From positions 1 to 35,560 of the forward strand of contig CAXNAA020000022.1 in the NCBI GenBank assembly GCA_964200075.2: DNA of 35,560 nucleotides. The letters are read 5' to 3'. This stretch comes from Sphacelaria rigidula (Eukaryota). Made by a program: the position numbers and the translations under genes. Under the pieces are notes generated by a model, which had not been told where the DNA came from, searched no databases, and was given only the letters and a program-made list of their open reading frames with translations. Positions 9,331 through 21,300 of the stretch are shown in pieces (within the stretch, counting starts at the first letter, position 1; each line of letters starts with the position of its first letter).

Positions 9331-12300
9331 CTGGAACACGACGACAAGGACGTGGGAACAGAAAGAAGTAAGCTAGCTATGATTACTATAATATCAGTAC
9401 ATGTATATATATATCGTCAACAGTGTGAATATGTGTAAGCATCATGCTACCATACACAATAGGTACCCGACCAGGAGAGTCTGAAGTTGTTGGTCAGTGA
9501 TCAACAGTGCGGAACCCACCTACCTGCATAGAGACATCCTTCACAAGCTGAGGAGGATTAGTAAAGGCCTTGATTTCATCCAAATCTTTCTTGTCTAGGT
9601 TCTCTAGGGCAGCAGCAGCGGCTTCAACAGCTGGAAGGGCTTCCATCAGTGCCTCGTCTGCGATAGCTTTCTCCTTGGAGATGACCTCGCTCTGCTCCTG
9701 CACGTTCTGTTGCTTGATGCTAGCGTCTGCCTGCTGCTTGTTGGCCACTTCACTTTTCGCCTGAATTTCGCGTATCATTGCCTCGACGTGCTGTGTCTTT
9801 TCATCCACAACAATCTTCTTCTCGCTCAACTCGATCTGCATCTGATCGACCGCGTCGGCTGCCTCGATAAGCTTCGTGAGCCCCCCTTCTAGACGCTTGA
9901 CGCTACCTTCGATTGTACGGTTGTTCTCTTTCAACTCCGTGCGGTAATTTGCAATGAAGTCCAGGTAGTTGGCGGGTGTCACATAGTAGTACCGCCGCAT
10001 CTCGTCCGCGAAACGCCCAGAAAACCCTACAACACTCTGGTGCGTGAATACCAGGTGCCCGACAATGGTTTCTCGGAGCTCGTCCGGAAGCTGCTCGTCC
10101 TGCAGGAAATACTCTGCTACCTTCTGTAGTGCATCCGCTGGCCACGGCTGGAACCAGTCAATTACGCTGGCAGACACTAGACCCGGAAAGCTACGGCAGC
10201 GAACGCGTAGCTTGTCGCCAGATGGACTCATTGCTAGGACGACGTGGAGGTGGTTGCGACACTTGTTGACAAAATATTCCCAACAAACATCAGGAGTGTC
10301 GATCGCACCGGAAGCCTTCACTTCTTTCCGCACAGAATTTATGCACTGATCTGTCTCATCCTTTTCAAACAGCGCCGGGACCATTCCTGTGGTCAAGATG
10401 TTGTTGATGAACTCTAGGAAACCTTCTTCCACGACATGGGCATCCGTGAATAGGAAAACGACGGGGCCCGTGCCCAAGCGCTTGAACAACTGCTTCAAAT
10501 CCTCGCGAAAGTCGGCCTCGCCGTAGCCACGGACTAGAGATATAGAGAACACTGCATACCCAGCGCAGTAGGCAGCCAACTGCGTGAGTGATTTCTTGCC
10601 TGATCCACCCACACCTACCAGCATGGCGTTCCCTCGAGTCATGCCAATAATGCGATATATGCGGGTGAGATGATCAAGAGCAGATTCGAACAGCACCAGG
10701 TTCATCGGTTTGTGATCTAGATTGTAGCTCTCGAGCACCTCCTCGAACACCTTTCGTGTCGGTCCGTAGTCGCCGAGATCTTGGTATAATTGAGGGTCTT
10801 CGCCCTCGTCCACCAATCTCTGCACGGCCTTCGCGTAGTCTCCTACGAGAATGGGGTTCTTCATGGTGTGCTCAACGCAAGTGGGCCAAGTGGCCCGAAC
10901 TATGCCCTCGATTTCCTTGTCTAACATGGTCATGTCGTCTTGGAAAAGGCGATCTCCGAAAACCCGAAGGCATTCGTTACGCCAGAGTCGCACAAATGAC
11001 TCGGCGACATGAAACATGTCCTCCGTCGCTAAGCACAGTCCCTCGTAAACCCGTGAAAGATCTCTGAGGTTGAAGATGTAATGGAACTTGGATGGAGTGG
11101 GAGGCAATCGCTCTACGATCAGTGCGTATAGCATGAGCGTTGCATCCGTGATCTTCGACCCGACCTCCTTGACGGGTTCCGCAAAATTGACTAGCCTTGC
11201 CGTCAGAATGGAAGAGTAGATGTGCTTCAGAACCGCTGCACTCGGCTCGATGAGGTTGTATACGTTAAACAAAGCAACAAACCGCGGGTCGACGTTGTTG
11301 CGGCCGCCACCAGGAGGTCCCATAGCCGCGATATAGCTGAGATTCTTGATGTGCTTCAAGTTTAGGTCCTTGCCGTGGTCATACAAGGTGCCCTTGCTGA
11401 TCAGAAATAGTAGCAAAGCAATGGGCTGCTGTGTGCCGTACGTGTCGACCTTGGGCATGTTCATGTCGTCAACGAACACCACGAGGGTTTTACCTGACGG
11501 CGGAGCAAATGTCGATCCTGCGCGCTTGTCTATGTTGGCCTCAATACTTGTCTGCACGTTTCTGGCGGTCGTTCTGCTGCTGAAGTTTATCACCAAACGG
11601 GACGTGGTATCTGCCTCAAGCTTGCTCATATAGTTCTGGATTGTGAGGGTCTTGGCGGTACCCGACTCCCCGACCAACAGTAGAGGTTTTCTCGGCGCCA
11701 GCGTCTCGAGAAGGTGCGTGTAAAGCACGGAATCTGTGGTGGGCACCATGATTTGATGAAACAGGAAGGGATCTGGCTGTTGATAAGCGGGAACTCGGGT
11801 CTTCCACTTCTCCCATTTGTGACTTTCCATGTTGTAAAAATGGCTGTACAGACTGTCCGCTGGAACAGACTCGCCAGAGAGCTTCTTGATGAACTGATCA
11901 AAGCGATCTCGGCTCTCGTTGACCAAGGAAGCGCCCATAGACCATACGAGGCAAAATATGTAGACGCCTTCGATATCTTGATTATCTTCCATCTCAGGAA
12001 GTAAGAATGCATCCAAACTGGAGCAAAGTTGCTTCACGAGGTCCAAGTTGGGGATAGAGATTACTTGGCGCAGCTTTTCTACCTGCTGGCCGTCGATCAG
12101 TCCAGAGAGTACGTAGTCCACGCATCGTTTAACGTACTTTTTGAACAAAGTCATGAGTAAGTCGGCGTTGGCTTGCCTGTCCTCGGTCACCTGGATTCCG
12201 TCACCACATCGGAGACGTACCCATCGCTCGTAGAACGGCGAGTATCCGAGATTTTTCGGATCCACCCACACCATTCCGCAGCGACTGATGGTAGCAGGTG

Positions 12301-15300
12301 AGGCATACTGCAGATCGAAGGTTTCGCAAACCAAGGCACAGTGCGGCTGCAGTCTGATGCGTTCGCCGTTTGGCAGGGTAAGCAGCTTGTTGTCGTCCAT
12401 AACAGAATTCATGTTCTCCACCCACACCGCGTCAACATCACCGTCGAAAACGATCAGGCGCACTTCATTCTCTTTCCCTGGTGGCAGCGGTGCGTTCAGG
12501 TCCCGGAAGAGCTTAGACAGTATGCCGTCCGTCCAGTCGCGAGTAACCGGATCCATAATTCCGTATAGCTCGTTCAGTGGCTGCTTCTTGGCGTTTAAAA
12601 CAAACATTTTCACCACGGTTCCGTCCGCCGGTAGGCGAGCATTCTTCAACGTTTCTAGGATAAGTGTCTTGCCGCCTCCGGTCGGTCCCACGATCATTGT
12701 GGTGTGTCGTACCATCTGAGTTTCATACATTTGGATGCACTTGTCCACCTGCGAGCGTGGGAAATAGTGCTAAAATGGTCATTGTGCCTCCATCGCAGTG
12801 TGAACCTAAAGAACATGAACGACAACATGCGAGTATGCAAGTACAGTAACTTATCTACCCCCTGTATTTGGCGCCTAATTTACATGTAACTGGGTGGTAT
12901 TGGACTGACTCCAAGGAGAGTCAGTGGATGCATGCCATGTCATGTCAGAAAGGAGGGAATCATAGGACCTGCCATCCAGGGCTACCGCAGTTACCGATTC
13001 TGAAAGATTTCACTGTCCAGAAAAACGGTCGACGTGATACCTTTGTTGTAAGCAGTATACTGCACACGGAGGGTGTGCGATAGCACAACAACAAACACAG
13101 CAATGTCAAAATACAGTTTCCCCACTCATCATTACCCTTGAAGATAAATGTTGACATTTTGCTTGGCGTTAGGGCGCTCGTTGGGGCGTCGGTCAGTACA
13201 CTGTTGTCACGATAGTTAATAGGTAGGTAACCTGTGACAGCGCTTGCGAACCCGCAATAAAACAGTCAGCTGTTTTTTCATCTAGTATAGACCTTGTCCG
13301 TCCATACATTTTCCTTCCCTTTCTTCTTGGTTGTGTTTCCTTTCGTTTTGTTTCTCAGTTTACTCCTTTTCTGCTCCACCGTTTTGTCTTTTCTTCACTC
13401 TTTTCTTCTGTTTGTGGCGAGCGTTTCTGTTTTGTTTACTTTGGGTATATCTATCTATCTTGTGTCCAACGACCAATGACCACGGCTGAGTACCCGAGAC
13501 TAGAGGACCACTTACTGTGCACAACCAAACAACCGATCAATCATTCAACTGTATCATTGAACCGTTCGACTATTATACTATATTATAGTGCACTAGGTGG
13601 GTCCATGTCCTTTCTTCCTTTGTCAGTCAGCTCAGCTAATTTTCACCCCCCGCGCAACTCTGACTACCGACGAATGCGAAGGAAAACAACGCCGGGAATC
13701 TTACCTGATCGGCAGACACATTGTTGTCGGCACAGCGAAAACCTTACCTGATCGGCAGACACATTGTTGTCGGCACAGCGAAAACCTCACCTGATCGGCA
13801 AACACATTGTTGTCGGCACAGCGAAAACCTTTGGACTCGAGCTCCTTCCGAACCTCCACCTTGAGATCTTCGTATCCCACTCTTGGGCAATCCATGTTCG
13901 GGAAAAGATCGTTGATCAAGCCCTTGAATAAGGGGACATCTTCAAAAACGAACTTGGGCATGTTGCTATCGCGCAATGCTCGCATAAGCACCAGATCCTC
14001 TGGCATGTCTGCGTACTGTCGCTTTAACCCTCCTGCCAATACCAAGACGGACTTCAGGGCACGCAACCCGAAGTCATAGTGGTACTGCTTGGACAGCTGC
14101 TCCTTCGATAACTTGTATAGAACTGTCATCTTCTTCGCCAAGACCTGACAACCGTGCACGGGTTGCAAATAGCAGGACCAAGGTCTTCATATAACATCAA
14201 AACAGCACAGCGAGCGATGCGCTGGTCCTTGAACATTCTTCATCAAGGTCACACATATGATGCCAAAAAACCCGACGCTAACATCAAGCAGTAGTGAACA
14301 TCTCCAGCCGGATGGCACCAAGTAGTTCTACGTCGTGGGTGGTGCAGAAAAGGCACGGTAGGTATCTTACCTTGGCAGCCTCAAACCCCTCAGAGAACAA
14401 CATGATCTCGCAAATTTGCAGCAAGTCCGGCACAATCATTGTCACAGGTCGGAACAGTGCTTTGAGGTTGTCCGGGAGCTCAGTCCGCCCTGCGTAGCCG
14501 GGGTTCATAGTGATAAACACTCCACACGTTGAAAATCCAGCCACGCGTTTGATTTTAATTTCTCCTCCCACGCCGATGTCGACCGTGGGTTTGCCGCTGA
14601 CAAGGGAATTCTGAATAGCTTTGAGCTGAGCAGAGACCACGGACAAGACCTCAATATTAATGCGGTTGAACTCGTCAAAGCACCCCCATGCCCCGACCTG
14701 GACTAGACCGGCGAATATCGAGCCCATTGCCTGCATAAGGGACACAGAGACCCCGGCAAATGCGTTGTCTATGTCATGATGGTGGTTAGTGCAAGCACAT
14801 GCTCTCCTTGACCTTGAGGTCAGTAAGGGGTGCAGTCTATATCGTGTACATGGCTGTCGAAGCAACAATATAGCGATACACAGCGATCAGTACGATGCAG
14901 AAAGTTTTGGTCAAGCCGACCGCTGCATCTGCTACGGGGTAATGTGCTACCCACCTTGTAGTCGAGTCCTTCCCCGCAGTTGATCACAAAGCAGGGAAGG
15001 GCCAAGGATTTAGCTAAGTCTTTGGTAGTTTCCGTTTTTCCTGTGCCGGCCGGACCAGCCGGTGCACCCCCGAGCTTGAACGTCAGTGCTTGGGTCAGCG
15101 TCATGTAGCAGCGGTCTGTGAGTGGGGTAATTACGAGTCGACCATTCATCCCCATGTACTCGTAGCCGTAGCTGAACTGTCCAGTGCATTGCCGAATTAT
15201 GCAGTCATCGACGTCTCGGTCCCAGTAAAAGCGGAGCTGGCTTTCCCACGCGAATTCTTTGGCGTTGAGGATCGACTCCCTCACGAATCCATCCACGATA

Positions 15301-18300
15301 TCGCGAGCGTGGACGTCAATAATGAGAAGCGTGTTTACTTTTTTGCGGGCATGGCTACTCAGCTTTTCTCGCACGAGAGCAACCAGAGCGTTGAGTTGTG
15401 ATGTGAGCTTCGCCTCCAGGTCTTTTATGGCATATTTGTTACCCGTCGCAACCGACCGGAAGACATCTTCGACCTGAAAATTGGGTCACCAGGCATGGAT
15501 TAACTTGCAGCATGCTGTTGGTGCGAGTTCTTGCGACTTATTCTGATCATGCGGAAATGAGTCGCTCGAAAAGTGCTGTAACACGCTACAAGCAGAGTCA
15601 TTCCCCGCTAGATCGACAGCACGCAAGTGCACACCTGGGCGTATGCTGGGCTCAGCATTCTCTACGGTTTGCTGAAGAGAACTCAGGCATACATCCTTGA
15701 GCAGCGGTTCCCAGGGGTGTCTGACAAACTCTCGGATATAGCAAAGGGCACGTATGCATGAGTATGCAACCAACGTAGATAAGTGTCGCGGTGACTCACC
15801 TCCCATGTCCACCATATCTGGCTACCGACAAGCGAGACCATTCCCAGCACGCTGGTGATCCATTCCTGACGCTCCTCCTTGGCATATCGAAATACCCCCT
15901 CTTTGGTGATGGACCTCAGCGAGTTGCACATTTCGACCTCAACGTCCGTCATCCAGCTCTCTACTGGCCCTTCCACCGCTACTGGTTCTCGTAGAGGAAA
16001 GGTCTCACCCTCGCTAGAACCCATCCCTAGCACCTGCTTAGCACCTCGTCCGAAAGACAGAGATTTGACGTTGTCGAAGAGCTTGAGAAGATGCACCTGC
16101 GAAATGCGACAGCATAGGGGACAGTGTAGACGCCCACCCTGTCACCAAGCCATTCCGTTTCTTTCGGGTCGATTTGAAATAATATATGCCGCCAGTGGCT
16201 TGGAGTCGTGAACTCCTTCGGTATGGTCTGGCTTGCGGAGAGCATGTTCACCTTCAGTATCAGCGATACATGTCAACCCCTCATTCGACTACATTCGCTA
16301 GCCCTCGGGTTGATGAGACATACCTGTATTGATGTCGGGTCGCTTGATCCCAGAACCGACAAGAGCTCGTCGTCGGATATAAAGAAGAACCGCGGAAACG
16401 AATTTCTCTTCGTGTCGAGGTAGTTAGACAGGGATTTTTGAGTGGTATCCAAGCGCTCGCTGAGGCTCTCCAGCGCTTCCAGACGATTCTCCGACGTGCA
16501 GGCTTCAACCACGTTAGGATTTTGGTAGGTCTGGGTCATGATCTGAAGTAGAAGTGGGCACCAGTTAATGCATAGTCTTCAAGAGTGAGTCATATGGAAA
16601 GTTCAACAGGAGGCGCGTAATGTTGGTGTGGTGCCGCCACGGTCCTGACTGGGTAGATGCATGCACCAAGACGCCAAACCCTCTAATGAAAATATAGACG
16701 TACGAATATCCCTCCGCTCCGGATGCGTGACCTCTCAAATGTCGTACTTGAAACACCCCGTAACGCCAGGAACCGTAGTAGATACCATGGCAACAACAAG
16801 GCGCGAATGAAGGTGTCACCATCTCACGATGGTCTCGCGCTGTCGTTGCTCCCTCAGAACACGACGAGGGTATATTGCGCAAAAACGGGTGTACTGACAT
16901 CCATGTTGGTGTCGGCACGGTTTTTGAATTTACCGAAGCTGCTGAAGTGAGCAAGTTATGAGTGCATTGCGTCTTCACGTTCGCCGGCACACTACAGCTG
17001 ACATGCACTTGCCTGCTTAAATGCCTTGTCAATGGAGTCAAACTTCTTTGCCTCTTCTGGTAGTTGCAAACGTATGTCCTCTGCGCCTATGAAGATGCTC
17101 TCCAAGTACATCCACTTGCGCTGCACAGTGTACCACATGTCGAGTGTTTCGTTCACGCGGTTGAGAGTACGCTCCCACCCTCGAACCTGATGGGACCGAC
17201 GAGGCGAAGGGCTGGATCAATACTAACTTATAATTACCGTCGGCGTAGTTGATCGCGCCTGAAGCGCAAAGCTCCTTGCAGCTGAAGATGAGGCTAGCCC
17301 GCACCTTGACAACAATCGTGTTGATACTTCTCGGAGCAAACATTTCCCATGGACCAGAAGTTTCAGTTTCTTAGAAATGACGAGAATCAAACCAATCGAA
17401 CCAATTAAACCCATAAGAGCACAACCAGATGGAGTGTCGAGATTTCTCTCCAGATCTATGAACTGACGTGGTAATCGATGATACAATGGTCTATCACCTG
17501 TTCGGCAAAGCTTCCAACAAAACGGCTTGCAGACATGGTCTGCAGGTTGAGTAAATTGTCTTCAAGCTCCGTCTTGATCTCGTCTGCTGCTCTCAGTACG
17601 TAGCTTCTGTCCACGCCATTTTTTTGGTACTTGGCCAGCACGAGGTCGGTCTTTCTCCATGTTGCCTCCACCTTCCTAATCTCATTTTCGATCTTCATCT
17701 CCTGGACGGACTCATTGACAATGTCGTCAATATCCGCCGTGAAGCGGTGTAGCTCCATCTGAAATATGTTACCAAGCGTGAGTGACTTGAAGTTGCTCGG
17801 GTCGAACTTCACCCCCGTCATCTGTGCCATGGAGAAGAGTAGAATAGCGAGAAAGGGGCAAGGTATTTGGGAATCTTGTGATCTTGCAATAACGTCGCAC
17901 CTATCATAGTTTATGACGGTATCACTTTACGCCACGCAGCGTGCTGTGGCGAGGGGGATGACTCGACTCGCCTCCATCAGCTTCTGCCAGTGTCGAGGCT
18001 TCATTGCCTCGTTCTTGAGGTTGACAATGAGAGGAATACTGTCCTTGAAATTGAATATCCGTCCTTCGACCGCCCGAAAGGTAGGGTGCTCCTTGAATTG
18101 CTTTTCTTTACGGGCCTTCTTTTCCAAGACCTCTACTCCTCTCTGGAGAGACCCGACATCTAGATCACCCCACGGGGTGGCACTGTTCCCTTCTTCGAAT
18201 TCTCGCTGCTCTTGGTACAAGTCGTAGATACGTCCGAGTTTTTTCATCTCCGAAACTACTCGCTGCAGCTCCGGGTATTCGGTGGTATCCAGGCCGAATA

Positions 18301-21300
18301 ACCCTTCGGCATTCACGAGCTCGAGCTTCCTCGACATGCACACCTGTGGTTGTTGTCGGCCCGCGATACACAAGAGCATTTTCACGGCACACAGGCGATG
18401 TGGTCGTTGTGAATGCATAACGATATTTCGCCGATATCCATCATGCGATGAGACTAAGAAAAGTACGTATCCATGCGTATTGTATGCTTCCGCACTTTTC
18501 GTGGTAAGCTTGGTGAAACCTTGGCATGTCCGATCGATTTCGACTCTCTTGTCAACGCATGGCCCATGGACATGGGTTGTCAACTGAATGGGCGGACCAA
18601 GGGAGTATGCACTTGCACTTGCCTGCACCTTGTCTTGGTATTCAGCCAAGAGTCGCACTCCGTCTTCGAGCTCAGTGCTGGAATTACCTGGCCCGGTTGC
18701 CTTGAAGCTCGTCTCCATTTCCTTAAGAGCTTCGTGGAATTCGACAGCTTGCTGTTTGGTCACCTCGCGGAACTGATCTTTCACTTTGACAAGACACAAG
18801 TCTTTCGTTTTGGCCTCGATGAAGAGGGCTTGCCACCTACTGGCGATGTCCTGCGCTTTGGCCATTTCATCTGCCGGGACCGGAATATCATACTGCTGCA
18901 AGGTCCGGTACCGCTCCATCGTATCAAGGTAGCTTAACTCGATATCCATTCCCATACCACAAATGTCAGCGATAGTGTTGAGGACAAATTTGAGAGCGTC
19001 CAAATCTTGAGGATCGGCCCTGAGGTCCGTTTCCAGCTGAGTAGATGAAGATGTTGCATACAAACGGGATGACAACAGAAAGAGGTCGTGCGACTTTCAT
19101 CTCAGGCTCGAGTGAACGTCCGGCACGAGGGGCGAACTTTGCGGAGAGCACTGGGGGGACGTGATCTCCGCTCGGCAAGTACATACGTCATTTTCAACTT
19201 GGGCAGGTAAGTTCTGTTTTGTTCGGAGTACAGGAACGCGACTGTGCGGCGACATACCTGTGTCATTTTCGCGCATAATTCCTCCAACAGTACTGACGAG
19301 CACCTGTGCAAAACGGCGCCGTAGTCCATTTTCCATTGGTCTGCTTGAGCAGCAATTCCCAATGCCACCGGGTAGCAGTCAATTCGAATGAAGTCTACGT
19401 CCTTTTCGCTCGGTTGCGCCCTCACGGTTTCTGCCAGCAACTCATAGCTTGCGATTCGCGTGTCGAAATACACACAAGTGTGTTTTTTCTCAGCTAACTT
19501 ATCTAATGCTTGTTTCCGCTTGGGATTCCACAGGTTGTAGACGGTGTCGTAGCGCCGCCACCCATCCAAGTACTTGTTCATCATGGAGAACACCTTGTGA
19601 ATGGCTTGGTTAAGCTGAAGCATTAGCTTGATCACATGGGGGTTCTTGCTCATATCTTGGTAGAAGGAGAACACCAGCGGTTCTTCCTCCTCGTGGATGA
19701 TCTGCAGCACAATCAAGGGGGCATCCGCCGCAAAACGGAGTGATGTCGTGTGTATATTCGTGCGCTGCCTACCTGTCTGTCTAAGGATACCTACCTCACG
19801 CGGAGAATCAAGCGTGGTAGGTCTGTATCATAACAATATCATGGTAGTGGCAGCCATTGGTTGAGTCTGTACCTGCGGTGCCGTTTGACAGCAAGTGCCA
19901 TGCATCCAGCGCACGAACATGCGCGCTGATTCCACGATGTTTTTGACGGACTTGGTGAGATATTTGTAAATATCGTTGACCGTTGGTGTCACCACTAGAT
20001 CTTTGCCGTTGAGGTTTGCCTTGACTTCACACAACGGCGGGCGGTCCTTGCTTTGCAAAAGTGCGAGGAACGTCGCCATGCTGGAAATGATGCACTTGGT
20101 AATCGCGTTGAAGATACATTTCTCCCAGTAATGATAGTAACCAGCCAGCGACGGAGACATTCCAGTATTGGTGCCGCCTACAACTTCTTCCACCTGTTGG
20201 CATCAACAGTGCAGCCGAACAAGTGCCAGGTCGAGACGGAACGGTTTCATTACATGCAGTATTTACACTCGTTAGAGTTAAGTGGAAGGAGGTTAGAGTT
20301 TGAGGGGTAAGTCTAAAGAGCTTCTACGAGCGACCAAGCCACTCGGAGCGCGTTCGTTGCTTTTGAAGTACTTCGCTTGAGCATGCCACACGTGCTACGA
20401 GGTTATACTCGCGTTTCAAAGCGCACGGCTGCACTGAGCAACGCCCCAAATTAGGCTTACGTCGCCCCGTGCTACTCCACACAAGATGCCTGCAGACCCT
20501 GAGCGTGTTTTCCAAGAAAATATCTCCCACATCCAGTACCTTTATCAAGAGGCTCTCGATGCTGTTGTACTGCTGCACCAGACCATCTAGTCGCGCAATC
20601 CGTTTTGTTTCCAGGGCGTCGTAGAACTCGGTCACATCCATGGGGGAGCGGGGCCCATCGGGTGTCTCAAAATCCTTCTCTTGCATGAGTAGCATGTTTT
20701 CGATGCTGCCGAGGAAAATGAAGTAAGGTACGATCAGCAAAAGCATCGGCTACCACGCTAATATGCAGTGTAGAGTGACCTCCCTCATCCAAAAGCGGTA
20801 AAACAACATCCAAGCAAAGAGGGCCAAGGAAAAACCTGAGGACGGCAAAGTGAAGCGTTGTTCTCCCTTTATCTGATCCCAGAGCCTTCAGGTGCAAACT
20901 CGCTTCCATCGTACCTGGATACAACCTCGTGAATCATCGTGGAGCTCTTATGGATCTGGCTCACAGTGCCCGAGAACTCGTTCAGGGCCTTATTACACGT
21001 TTCAATGAATGAAGGCACCCGTTGGCTGTTCCAGTTGAGTGGCGAGAAACCGGTATGGAGCACCGCCTGGAGATGGTACAGCTGCCGCGACAGGAGCCGA
21101 GTCTCCACTTGTGTTAAACTCCCCACCAGGGCATCGTAGTTTTTGAGCATGAGCTGCATGTCTTGAATGTACTTGTGGTACTTGTCTTCCTGTAGGGCCA
21201 CGTTCAGTGCGGCCTCTGGCACCTAGCGGCAAGTGTCATGACACATCATTTTTTAATGTATGCATGACCTTCCATCGCAACTAATTTCGCCGCATCTTCG

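Noticed and set aside
13295..13460. Hydrophobic Phe/Leu-rich ORF suggesting a membrane peptide
   Set aside because: It is a T/C-rich low-complexity stretch inside dynein intron 20.
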